Below are positions 1-8,934 of a stretch of 64,000 nt of DNA, piece after piece. Each line of letters begins with the position of its first letter. Within the stretch, counting starts at the first letter, position 1. The stretch is from positions 20,861 through 84,860 of IMG/VR virus record IMGVR_UViG_3300031952_000013, one strand, 5' to 3'. Origin of the DNA: a virus. A program made the translations under genes and the position numbers. A model generated the notes under the pieces. It made no database searches. It was not told where the DNA came from and was given only the letters and a program-made list of their open reading frames with translations.

Positions 1-296
1 TTGGGGGTTGCTGGCATGTGTGGGTTGTGAGTTGGAGAACAAGCCGGATTGCGGGGGTAAAGTCATACTGATGAGGATTCGCAAAGGTAGATTTCCTGTA
101 ACTGGCATCAAGGGGCGAGTTACGGTTGAAGGGAGGTTGATGGAATGAGTTGGGTAGAGAAACATTCAGTAAACTGTATTTATTGTGGCCGGTTGTTTGA
201 TGAGAGAGAGGGCATTCCAGGGCCAGAGTACGAAGGGACAGTTTGCCCAAAGTGTATTAAGGAAGGAAGAAAAACAATTCAGGAGGAGGAATAAAT

Positions 297-368
297 GGGT
301 AGGTAGCTTAATTAGTAAAGCACTCGGCTGTGAACCGACAGAACAAGGTGCAAATCCTTGCCTACCCT
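297..368 (+). tRNA. tRNA-His(GUG), atypical
   Basis: Cloverleaf read directly: acceptor GGGTAGG/CCTACCC, D stem GCTT/AAGC, anticodon arm CTCGG-CTGTGAA-CCGAC (GTG at 330-332), T arm CAAGG-TGCAAAT-CCTTG; no encoded CCA. Confidence 0.8.
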
Positions 369-402
369 GGATAGTTATATTTTGATTGAGAAGGAGGAAT
401 AA

Positions 403-933
403 ATGGGTAATCGTGCGTTTGTAATTTTTGCTAACAAGGATTGGACGAAGTTCTCTCCGGCTGTTTATCTTCACTGGAATGGTGGGCCAGAGAGCGTGTA
501 TGCTTTCCTTGAGGAATTGAATCATCGAGAGGTTAGAGCAGACCAAGAGTATGAGTGTGCTAGATTCGTTCAGATTGCAGGGGAATTCTTTGATTCTAAT
601 GGCCACTACACAGGTTTGTCTCTCGGTGTTCAGAGTGTGCCTGAGGGGGTTGATTTGGAACACCTGACGCAAAAGTTCGACCCCGGCGACAACGGATTGT
701 ATGTTGTCTGCCGAGAAGGAAGTCCTAAAGAGGGTATAGTAGTTAGAAGATTTGGTTATGGTGGTGCAGAAGTCTCAGAAAAGGTAGTTAAAGGGGAGCG
801 GGAGGCTGTTTTGCTGAACGATACATATTATGAGGGGATTAGAGGGCAATTCAGGGCGGCTGATAGAGGAAGAATCACTGAGTCTGAATGGATGAAGAAA
901 CTACATTTTTCTAAGAAAGGAGAGGTAAAATGA
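403..933 (+). CDS. hypothetical phage protein (VYLHWNGG motif)
   Basis: 176 aa ORF with strong AGGAGG RBS. Confidence 0.75.
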   Translation: MGNRAFVIFANKDWTKFSPAVYLHWNGGPESVYAFLEELNHREVRADQEYECARFVQIAGEFFDSNGHYTGLSLGVQSVPEGVDLEHLTQKFDPGDNGLYVVCREGSPKEGIVVRRFGYGGAEVSEKVVKGEREAVLLNDTYYEGIRGQFRAADRGRITESEWMKKLHFSKKGEVK

Positions 934-1061
934 TTCACTGGTTATGGCTGATTCCTGCAGCTGTTTTGGGAATGTTTGTTATGGCTCTCTGTTGTTCTTC
1001 AGGTAAGAGGAGCGACGCGGAAGATTGGATGAGGAGACACGGAAAGTTTTAGGAGGATTAA

Positions 1062-1298
1062 ATGGGAAACGATGTGATTATTATTGAGAAAACAGTTCCT
1101 CTGGATGAGTTGGTTCAGATGTCTCCTGATATGGGTGAGCAGATTCTTGATGCGATTAAGTACCACGTAAACTCGGAGATACTGCCGGAGTATGAATTAA
1201 CAGAGGATGATGTTGATACAATCTCATCTAGTGTGGTTGTGATGATTAGTTTGAGAACTACAGTTCCTTGGCCTGGACCTATTGAGAAAAAAGGCTAG
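1062..1298 (+). CDS. hypothetical protein
   Basis: ORF with AGGAGG RBS. Confidence 0.65.
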   Translation: MGNDVIIIEKTVPLDELVQMSPDMGEQILDAIKYHVNSEILPEYELTEDDVDTISSSVVVMISLRTTVPWPGPIEKKG

Positions 1299-1415
1299 AA
1301 TCCCTTGCCACATATCTGTGTGGTTAAACCTGTGAATATATTGAACAGCAGGGCTAGTTTAGGGCGGTGAATAGAAGGGGTTTAAAGACCGCCCCCTTAA
1401 TAAAGGAGAGAGAAG

Positions 1416-1706
1416 ATGGGTATGTATGACATTTATGGTGAAGAGGGGGCTCAGCTTAAAGTTGGGCCTTGTGATCTAAAGCATTATCTGATAGGTGAGG
1501 TTGTTTCTATTGAGGATGGAGTGTATGTTGCTCCCTATGAAGGTATTGTTGTGGTGTACAAGGGTATACTGGTAGCTGTGGTTAAAAAGATGTGGTCTAA
1601 GTGGGGACATGTTATTGACTGGACTGCGATTGTAGAGGAGATGAACCCTTTGATGGAGTATATAAAACAGTTTAAGGTTAAGGAGTCTGAGGATGAAGAT
1701 GTCTGA
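1416..1706 (+). CDS. hypothetical protein
   Basis: ORF with AGGAG RBS. Confidence 0.65.
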   Translation: MGMYDIYGEEGAQLKVGPCDLKHYLIGEVVSIEDGVYVAPYEGIVVVYKGILVAVVKKMWSKWGHVIDWTAIVEEMNPLMEYIKQFKVKESEDEDV

Positions 1707-1911
1707 GAAGGTTGAATTAAGCCGAGAACAGTTTATTAAGAATCAGGAGGCTTACTGTAAGGAGAAAGGTTATCCATTCTTCATGCCTTATAATGGGATG
1801 TGCTGGGCGTGTGGGCGTGATGTGGTTAAGTCATTGATTGAGCGTGGATTGAGAGGCAAAGAAGACTTAGTGACTGGTTGCCCTCTTTGTCATCGGTCGT
1901 ATTGTGATTAA
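1693..1911 (+). CDS. small Cys-rich (Zn-finger-like) protein, paralog of 15525..15722
   Basis: YPFFMP..G.C..CGRD and VTGCPLC..SYC motifs shared with 15525..15722. Confidence 0.75.
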   Translation: MKMSEKVELSREQFIKNQEAYCKEKGYPFFMPYNGMCWACGRDVVKSLIERGLRGKEDLVTGCPLCHRSYCD

Positions 1912-1973
1912 GATGATTTTATTGTTTCGTCCTGGTTGGTTGGTTTGGTTAGATTTCGTGTTTCCTTGGATTC

Positions 1974-2198
1974 ATGTTCGCAGAGGAAAGCGAGTTAAGG
2001 AGGTTTAATGTGATTACTTTTTACAGGGATGATTTTAGGCTCATGTCTGACGGCTCGTCTGGGTTTGATATGCTCTTGACAGCGTTAGGTTATGATTATA
2101 AGAAGACGAAGAAAGTGGATTGTGTTCAGTTGCATAATCCTAAGGAGGGAGGCTGGTGTCTTTGGGATGTAAATGATCGTCCAATAGAGAGAGGCTGA
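1974..2198 (+). CDS. hypothetical protein
   Basis: ORF in a run of co-oriented small genes. Confidence 0.5.
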   Translation: MFAEESELRRFNVITFYRDDFRLMSDGSSGFDMLLTALGYDYKKTKKVDCVQLHNPKEGGWCLWDVNDRPIERG

Positions 2199-2199
2199 G

Positions 2200-2439
2200 A
2201 TGAAATTACCAGGTAAGTGTCCTAGGTGCGGTGAGAAAACACTAAACTACGGCAGTTTCGATGTTGAAGGTGACGCTTGTTATTTTAAATGTGATTGTAA
2301 TGACTGTGGGTTTGTAGGTAAAGAGTGGTATCATTTACAGTTCATAGAGTTTACAGACAGTTCGACAGGTGACACTATGGAAGATGAAGAAAGGAGGTTA
2401 ATTAAAGATGAAAGCACTAATGATAAATCTTCAGGATGA
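2200..2439 (+). CDS. Zn-ribbon protein
   Basis: CPRCG ... CNDCG. Confidence 0.65.
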   Translation: MKLPGKCPRCGEKTLNYGSFDVEGDACYFKCDCNDCGFVGKEWYHLQFIEFTDSSTGDTMEDEERRLIKDESTNDKSSG

Positions 2440-2605
2440 AATCTTACGTCCTACAGGTAGGGTAATGTTCTGTAGGATTTGTGGAGCAAAGTATTCGGCT
2501 CATGCTGGAGATTACTTTATGGCAGGTTCGGAGCATAAGTTTACTTGTTGTGGGCAGACTATGGACATTGGAATTCCTTTTTCAGGGATTCATTCTATTA
2601 AGTAA
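2408..2605 (+). CDS. Zn-binding hypothetical protein
   Basis: CRICG ... CCG; AGGAGG RBS. Confidence 0.6.
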   Translation: MKALMINLQDEILRPTGRVMFCRICGAKYSAHAGDYFMAGSEHKFTCCGQTMDIGIPFSGIHSIK

Positions 2606-2616
2606 GGAGGCTAAAC

Positions 2617-2811
2617 ATGGATAGCTTAGGTAGTTGTAGGCACAATAAGTTTACGGTACTCAATTGTAGGGATGCGTATGGTCCCTATATGTTGGCTGTC
2701 TGTTCTGCCTGTAATAGGCCATTGTCTATGACATGGAATCTACTGCATCCTGTGGTAGGTAGAGTAAAACTAAGTCTAGGAGGTAACTATGGAAAACGTA
2801 ATCAAGTTTGA
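2617..2811 (+). CDS. hypothetical protein
   Basis: AAGGAGG RBS, CSAC motif. Confidence 0.55.
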   Translation: MDSLGSCRHNKFTVLNCRDAYGPYMLAVCSACNRPLSMTWNLLHPVVGRVKLSLGGNYGKRNQV

Positions 2812-3076
2812 TTCTATGGTTGCTCATAAGCCCCACAAGAAAGTGAAGGTTGAGCAGTCTATAGGTTATTTTGAGTGTAGAATTCGGATGTCGTTAAGCC
2901 CTAAGGATATCTTCTTGTTGGCTGTTTATGTTAGAGATGGAGAGGGCGGGTCTCAAGAGTATAGGGATGCCCTTCTAAACAGACTGGTAGATATGTGGGT
3001 TAGGCGTGGACTGTCTAGGTACTACGCACCTTCTACTGCTATCGAGGCTGTATTAAAGCAGCGTAACTTAGGCTAG
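2789..3076 (+). CDS. hypothetical protein
   Basis: AGGAGG RBS, 95 aa. Confidence 0.6.
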   Translation: MENVIKFDSMVAHKPHKKVKVEQSIGYFECRIRMSLSPKDIFLLAVYVRDGEGGSQEYRDALLNRLVDMWVRRGLSRYYAPSTAIEAVLKQRNLG

Positions 3077-3348
3077 CTTATTCTGTCACTTAAAAGGCTA
3101 AATGAGGTTAGTTACCCGTTTATTTTTTAGGGAATGGCACGTATATGGTTTTGAAGGACCACTGGCACCAATTCTATTTTGGTGGAGATAGGTGTCTTAT
3201 TGCAGGTAAGTTTATTCTATAGGATGTGTGGTGAGGTATTCTACGAAGGTTAAGAGGTAGTGGGTTCACGCAATAAAAGGAATGAGAATCATTCTCAATT
3301 AGGTTGATTTTCCAGGGGTAGATTGAGGCTACGAGAGAGGAGAAATAG

Positions 3349-3531
3349 GTGACAAAGCCCAGGGTAGTGTGGGATGGTTTCACTATATTTTGGGTAGGTG
3401 TATTCATGGCATTTATTATATCCTTAGTGGTTGTACTGTGGGTATTAGCGACTGCCTGGACAGGTATATGGCGCGAAAGTAAGGCTATGTGGCGTGGAGC
3501 GAACTCAGGGAGGAGGGGCCGTCGGGGGTGA
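3349..3531 (+). CDS. small membrane protein
   Basis: One hydrophobic helix and a basic C-tail; GAGGAG RBS. Confidence 0.4.
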   Translation: MTKPRVVWDGFTIFWVGVFMAFIISLVVVLWVLATAWTGIWRESKAMWRGANSGRRGRRG

Positions 3532-3960
3532 GGTTGTGGGGTTGTGTGGATAGGTTGACATAGGTTAGGTTGGTGGGTTGAACTGTCCTCAAAATAGGCC
3601 ATTGAATTCTACGGACATTTGAGTGTGGTAGGTTAGGTTATAAGTTCCGGTCTGTAGGGGGGTTGGATAGGTAGGGTTGGTCAGGTAGGTTAGGTTATAA
3701 GTGTGGGTCTGTGGGTGGGTTGGTAGGATGGGTAGGGGTAGGTTGGTTTGGTTGGGTTGGTAGGTTAGGTTATAGGTTCCGGTCTGGGAGGGGGATGGTA
3801 GGACGGGCAGGGCAGGTTGGTTAAGGTTAGGATGGAATAGGATGGGCTGGTTGGTTAGGTTGGCGGGCTTGAGGTGTGATAGTTTTATTTTTAGTTGGAA
3901 TTCTATTTTGGTTGGGTCGGTTTGTTCGTGGGCCTAGGACGGGATTGGTCTAGGGGAAAT
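3530..3960 (+). repeat. G/T-rich low-complexity tract with three ~28 bp direct repeats
   Basis: GGTAGGTTAGGTTATA(A/G)GT(TCC/GTG)GGTCTG at 3627, 3684 and 3759 within GGTT/GGTAG runs; very few C on the + strand. Confidence 0.85.
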
Positions 3961-4266
3961 TGGCTAGGTTGGAACCGGAAAGACGCTTGCGATAGGGTAG
4001 GGGAGGGGGCGGCTATGTAAAGTTAGTTTACTTAGTTGACATAATATAGAATAAGATGTTTTGGTATAGTTTTGTGCCAAAGTAGAATATAGGTAGAATA
4101 TATTAAAATATAGGCATAGAATATTTTGTTTGGCATAAAAATAGCCCCTTGTGTGGAATAAGGGGCAGTATATACTGAGGGTACAATACAATATAGTATT
4201 ACAGTATGATTCGCTGAAAGTCCGAGAGTAAGCTCAAAGAGGAATTGATGATTGATTAACTTTGTT

Positions 4267-4761
4267 GAGTGAGGATATATGCGCAAATAAGATAGGAGCG
4301 TATATCTAACATGTTGAATCCCATGAAAAAGGCCGGTTCCTTTGCGGAGTTTTTATACGATGTAAAAGCTCTCGGCAAGATTGTGCTCGTCGAAGCGTTC
4401 AAACATACCTTTATCGCCGATGTAACGGGGCAAGAAGGGGAGCGAGGATATATTGTCAAGGGAAAAGAGAAAACATGGACGGTAGGCGCGGATTGCTTGA
4501 CTAAAGCTAGTGTCCTCGACGGTCTCCCTATTGAAGGGGTGAACGGAAAGGTTAAAGTCAGTGTCAAGGGAAAGGATACTGTCACCATGAGTGAGGAGGC
4601 CTTTGAACGTCACCCGCTCTTTGGGGCGATAGTCTCAGCCCATGCGAGACAGCGAGAGTATAAAAAGACAAAAGAGAGTGAGTAGTTCTACTCTCTGGAG
4701 TGATACGGCTATATAGTGTGCTCGCCGTAGAGTAGCACACAAACAGCATATATCCTCACTC
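4267..4761. repeat. 16 bp perfect inverted repeat bounding ORF 4311..4685
   Basis: GAGTGAGGATATATGC (4267-4282) / GCATATATCCTCACTC (4746-4761). Confidence 0.9.
4311..4685 (+). CDS. hypothetical protein inside the inverted repeat
   Basis: 124 aa isolated ORF, AGGAG upstream, composition less G-skewed than the flanks. Confidence 0.7.
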   Translation: MLNPMKKAGSFAEFLYDVKALGKIVLVEAFKHTFIADVTGQEGERGYIVKGKEKTWTVGADCLTKASVLDGLPIEGVNGKVKVSVKGKDTVTMSEEAFERHPLFGAIVSAHARQREYKKTKESE

Positions 4762-4770
4762 TCTTTTTAT

Positions 4771-4819
4771 AACATGCTGATATAGAATAGAGTGTGGTTC
4801 TATCCTATATTAGCATGTT
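4771..4819. other. long hairpin / cruciform
   Basis: AACATGCTGATATAG (4771-4785) pairs with CTATATTAGCATGTT (4805-4819), extended by ATAGA/TCTAT; followed by T-rich sequence. Confidence 0.75.
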
Positions 4820-4829
4820 TTCTTTTATC

Positions 4830-4960
4830 TCTATATACTACTATTTATATAGGATATATAGAATAGATATACTCTATAGAATACATATACACTATAGAAT
4901 TGATAGAGTATATAGGATTTATAAAATATATAGACTATATACGATGTATAGAGTGAATAA
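4830..4960. repeat. AT-rich iterated TATAG/CTATAGAAT tract (candidate origin or packaging region)
   Basis: Repeated TATAGAAT/TATAGGAT units, very low GC; the overlapping ORF is low-complexity. Confidence 0.55.
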
Positions 4961-5279
4961 AACCGATAGGCAAATCAAGATTTTTATTGGTTGTTCGGAT
5001 ATATTATTTATAGATACCCTATATGAGTGGACACACAAAATTGTGGTTTTTAGCACTTCTCGGAAATAAATTTGGGTCCCATCTGGGGTAGCTGTGTATG
5101 TTCAGGTCTACAGGTATAAAAACGGGTAACTATCCTCTTTATCTCGGTATATGTAGTGAATTAAATGTTAAAAACTATTCTACAGGGGATAACATAAATG
5201 GAATTCATCCTCATGTTTATTGTTCTGGGTATTCTAGGAGGGTGGTCTGGGTTCTTCAGAGGGTTAAGAGGAAGGAAAG

Positions 5280-5531
5280 ATGAAATTTAAGGTTTATGGT
5301 TGGATTGGAATTAACCGTGATATTCACCCCGCTAAAGGGGAACGATTTGAGGATTATCGCCTTTCATTGATTCCAGGCGTTGATTTTTCTTTAGAAAAGG
5401 ACCAATGGTCACCAAACAAAGACGATCCGAATGGATTTAAAGGTGCTTGGTTTACGATTTGTTTTTCCTGGTTGATTTTTGGTTTCACCCTTGATTTTCG
5501 ATTTGGGGATCACGCCAAGGAAAACGCATGA
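5280..5531 (+). CDS. hypothetical protein
   Basis: 83 aa ORF, coupled to the next gene. Confidence 0.55.
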   Translation: MKFKVYGWIGINRDIHPAKGERFEDYRLSLIPGVDFSLEKDQWSPNKDDPNGFKGAWFTICFSWLIFGFTLDFRFGDHAKENA

Positions 5532-5716
5532 TCGAGGAGAGAGGTGGTTACAAAATCGAAGCTCTTAAAGATGCTATAAGAGAGTTGGTCGGTGCTCTTC
5601 ATCAAAAAACTATGGGGGCTTATGGAGTTGACTACTACGAAGGTCAGTATGAAGAAGAGATTGATGGTCTAGCAAGAGTTATTTTAAGTATAATGGAGAG
5701 AGGTAGAGGAGAATAA
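5528..5716 (+). CDS. hypothetical protein
   Basis: ATGA overlap with the upstream ORF. Confidence 0.55.
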   Translation: MIEERGGYKIEALKDAIRELVGALHQKTMGAYGVDYYEGQYEEEIDGLARVILSIMERGRGE

Positions 5717-6259
5717 ATGACTTTCCGTGATGAGGTGGGGTTTATTGAATCTGGTTCCTCAGTATAGGTGGTTGAAGAATGTGGTAGAATCCTGGCGGGA
5801 CGTTGAAACTGGGGATTATATGTTTAAGGTAATGGAAGACAATCTTAGGAGGAACGAATGAATACTTTAGGTATTGTTCTTGGTATTTTAGTCATCGGAT
5901 GCTTTATTTACTTTTTCGGTCGGTTGCTCTATCAGAAGTATTCCAAAAAGTAGCCTAAGGCGTTATGAGGGTCTGGGGTGAGAGGGGTTTACAGCCCTTC
6001 TAAGGCCTGCCTGATTAACATAACGATAAGAAGCGTGGAATGGGGCCGATGACGTTCCAGAGAGTGACGCAAGGGTATGGAATCGAGGCCCCCCTTAGGA
6101 TTAGAGGAAGGAAAGTGAAAAAGTGGACGTCTAAACAGAGGGCGAGATTGGCGAAGCGAAGGTCTGCTTACGAAGACGCATTGGGTAACCGGATGCTTTC
6201 TGAGAAAATTCAGAAGTCGCTGCATAAGCCAGGAAGTCAAAAGAGGTAGGGGGAGCGGG

Positions 6260-6583
6260 ATGAAAAAGGAACAGCGGTTTTATTTTCCTAAGGACGCTTG
6301 GGGTCTTACAGTAGTTAAGGCGGAGAATGGTTTTGTTGTTTGGGCTTTTCCTGGTTCCGAGGTTTTAGCTCTTGAGAATGACAAGGAGAGTGAGAGGGAA
6401 TGTGACGACGTGGATGCTGCTAAAAAACTCTTGTGGTATATTCTGGAGTATTTCAATATAAATCCCTCTAGGTATGTTAGGCGGAGGTTAGGAGTTATAG
6501 AAAAAGTAGGGGAGAAATACACGCTCGCAAAAGATGAGAAGTTTGAAACGGAAAAGATTTTGCGGGCTGTAAAAGAAAGGTGA
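6260..6583 (+). CDS. hypothetical protein
   Basis: 107 aa ORF with GGAG RBS. Confidence 0.65.
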   Translation: MKKEQRFYFPKDAWGLTVVKAENGFVVWAFPGSEVLALENDKESERECDDVDAAKKLLWYILEYFNINPSRYVRRRLGVIEKVGEKYTLAKDEKFETEKILRAVKER

Positions 6584-6613
6584 GAGGAAGAAACTTGATG
6601 GATAAAAAACAGA

Positions 6614-6856
6614 GTGAAGAAACTTCTCCAAGCAATCCTGTATCTGGTCACAGGGGCAGTCTTAGACCTCGCGGTAACAAGATGGTACATTTTGATTTCT
6701 GCCCGACAAAGTTTATTGGCGGCGTTGCTCGGAGGGGTATATACATTGGTGACGATATTCGTGTATAGTAGGATAGTGGTCAAATGGGACTGGGTATTGG
6801 CAGGGGCGTTCTCAGTAGGTACAGGAGTGGGAGTATATTTGGCGTTTCTATTTTAG
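6614..6856 (+). CDS. small multi-pass membrane protein
   Basis: Three hydrophobic segments, ending GTGVGVYL. Confidence 0.6.
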   Translation: MKKLLQAILYLVTGAVLDLAVTRWYILISARQSLLAALLGGVYTLVTIFVYSRIVVKWDWVLAGAFSVGTGVGVYLAFLF

Positions 6857-6865
6857 GAGGTTTTT

Positions 6866-7186
6866 ATGCCTATTACCAAAACTAAACAGATTACGTTGAC
6901 GGTGCTTGTGGAGGAAGGAGATTTCAATATTGTTTGTACGGACACCTTACAGGTGAAGGCAGGGAGTAATGTTGGATTCAGCCTTGACGTTACGCCGCTT
7001 TTGGGGTTCAATAAGCCGGTTACGTTTTCTCTTAGTGGTCTTCCTGCGGGAGCGGTTATGACGTGGAACGCTAAGGGGAACGTGTGGCAGCCTGGATTGG
7101 GCAGTCTTCAGTGTGATATAGCGATTCCTCTGAATAATGGTCTGGTTGGGACTTACACACTGGTTCTTACTGGTGTTTCTGCTTAA
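6866..7186 (+). CDS. Ig-like beta-sandwich protein
   Basis: VTPLLGFNKPVTFSLSGLPAG ... GTYTLVLTG Ig-like pattern; AGGAGG RBS. Confidence 0.65.
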   Translation: MPITKTKQITLTVLVEEGDFNIVCTDTLQVKAGSNVGFSLDVTPLLGFNKPVTFSLSGLPAGAVMTWNAKGNVWQPGLGSLQCDIAIPLNNGLVGTYTLVLTGVSA

Positions 7187-7274
7187 TGATTCAGAAGAGG
7201 CATCTGGTTAGGTTGACGGTGAAAAAGAAAGGTAGAAACATCTTTGTGGTTATCTGGAACTTTTTGAGGGGTGT

Positions 7275-7544
7275 ATGGGAAAAGATATTTTGAGTGGGTT
7301 GGAGGAGAAGAGCAGAGTCTCATTGGGTCTGACTAAGGCTGAGGCAGGCGTGTTTAGGTTGGTTGGTGCAGGTATGTCGAATGACGCGATTGCCGCAAAG
7401 TTATTTGTCAGCCTTGGCACTGTGCGTACTCATCTGAAAAGTATCTACAAACTGATTGGTTCTTCGGATAGGTATTCGATTGTATCTATCTGGTTCACTT
7501 TCCTGGCTGACCAGGGTAAAATAGATGGAGGAGAGAATGGATAA
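7275..7544 (+). CDS. LuxR/GerE-type HTH transcriptional regulator
   Basis: LTKAE..V..LVGAGMSN..IA.KLFVS.GTVRTHLKSIYK signature. Confidence 0.9.
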   Translation: MGKDILSGLEEKSRVSLGLTKAEAGVFRLVGAGMSNDAIAAKLFVSLGTVRTHLKSIYKLIGSSDRYSIVSIWFTFLADQGKIDGGENG

Positions 7545-7776
7545 CTTAAAAAGAATTTGCCGCAAGTGTAACAGCAACTTTCTACTCTGGCTGTTTGGGT
7601 GTAAGCAATACACAAAAGAGAGAAAAGTTTGTCTGGAGAGTGGCCGGTTTGCAAGAAGCACCTGTCCTAATGTGATGTTGGTTAGTCTTCGTATATCGCA
7701 ACTTCCTTCTGGTTATTGTAACATGAAACACGGGATGGTGCGGAATGAAGAACCGGCTGGAGAGACGAAAAAATGA
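7525..7776 (+). CDS. Cys-rich hypothetical protein
   Basis: ORF coupled to its neighbours. Confidence 0.5.
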   Translation: MEERMDNLKRICRKCNSNFLLWLFGCKQYTKERKVCLESGRFARSTCPNVMLVSLRISQLPSGYCNMKHGMVRNEEPAGETKK

Positions 7777-8921
7777 AAGATCAATTTCTTATTTTTCAAT
7801 CAGGGCTATGCGACTTCTCTACTGCTGAGTGGGGGGTCCTCAAGTTTAAGGATGGTATCTTTGACCTTGATGAACCGAAGGCCTTTAACAGACAGCGTAG
7901 GATGCTCAATGCGGGGGGCAATATGTCCCGAATCCTACGAAGCTCCCCTTGGGGGGTCCCCGCTGGACAGATGTTTGACTATACTCATCCTCAATACTTC
8001 TCTATCTTGAGGAGATACCTGAAGATTCTCAACAACCCCTGCCAGGCTGCACCAACAGGACAGGGAGCAAGGGTTGTCATCGAACCCTTTGATGGCTCAT
8101 CAGAGAAGTGGTTTTATACCGATCACAAGAAGGCAGGAGATTTGCTGAGGACTTTCCTGGCCAATACAGCCGACTTGGACTTCGTTGATATTGGGTCTGG
8201 GAATGAGTGCGAAGATGACCGCTATCCTTTTCTTTTCCGTGATACCATCATCCCCGCCTTCGATGATTTCAAAAAGATACCGTTCTCCTATGGCTCGACC
8301 TACAATTATAAGAACAGCGTAGAAAGTGAGAAGAGAATTCACGACTGCAAGGCAGTAGCTTCAAAGAAATGGGGCGATCTGACCTCATTCGCAATTTTCA
8401 AGCAGGTGCATGGATGCTGTGACAAGACCAGCGAGAACCTTATCCAAGCCGCTGAGTGGTGGGCCAAGCATAATATGGGCACTTTCTACTCTGTGGACGG
8501 ATGCAAGAGAAGCAAGAGTCCATGCGATTTCTACCAGGATCAGGTCCGTTCCTCTCCCGAGGAATTTGCGGGGACGGCAAAATACGTTCTTGACTACATC
8601 GAGACCATGCTTCATCCCAAGTTCAAGATGACAACCGGTCAGGTCAAGTGTGCTTTTGAGTTCATTAGTAAGGTCTGGAACAACGACGTTTGTGGTGCGT
8701 TGCCTATCATCGCAGTAAGCGAACTCCATAAAGCCGTCTTTGGTGAGTACCCATTCAACTGGGGCAAGTACCCGGATGATTGGGTCGAGCCTATTCCCCC
8801 GATACCGCCTGAACCCCCGACCCCACCGACACCCCCCGTCCAGATCAAACCCTGCTGCTACTTCTGGAACCGGCACAACTACCTTCATTGGATTAGGTGT
8901 ATCCTGTTCGGTAAGCATTAG
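7773..8921 (+). CDS. hypothetical protein, possible glycoside-hydrolase-like barrel, Pro-rich C-terminal linker
   Basis: 382 aa; GNE motif and PIPPIPPEPPTPPTPP linker; family not firmly recognised. Confidence 0.6.
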   Translation: MKDQFLIFQSGLCDFSTAEWGVLKFKDGIFDLDEPKAFNRQRRMLNAGGNMSRILRSSPWGVPAGQMFDYTHPQYFSILRRYLKILNNPCQAAPTGQGARVVIEPFDGSSEKWFYTDHKKAGDLLRTFLANTADLDFVDIGSGNECEDDRYPFLFRDTIIPAFDDFKKIPFSYGSTYNYKNSVESEKRIHDCKAVASKKWGDLTSFAIFKQVHGCCDKTSENLIQAAEWWAKHNMGTFYSVDGCKRSKSPCDFYQDQVRSSPEEFAGTAKYVLDYIETMLHPKFKMTTGQVKCAFEFISKVWNNDVCGALPIIAVSELHKAVFGEYPFNWGKYPDDWVEPIPPIPPEPPTPPTPPVQIKPCCYFWNRHNYLHWIRCILFGKH

Positions 8922-8934
8922 TTAGGAGAGTTTA

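Noticed and set aside
185-385. 66 aa ORF
   Set aside because: It overlaps the tRNA cloverleaf, which explains the sequence better
3627-3790. Three 28 bp repeats as a mini CRISPR array
   Set aside because: Spacers are unequal (about 29 and 47 bp) and low-complexity G/T like the repeats; repeats are not palindromic; no cas operon
4267-4761. Retron or IS element
   Set aside because: No RT or transposase motifs in the enclosed ORF or nearby, and no clear target-site duplication
4794-5069. 91 aa Tyr/Ile/Arg-rich ORF
   Set aside because: Translation of the AT-rich TATAG repeat tract; no RBS
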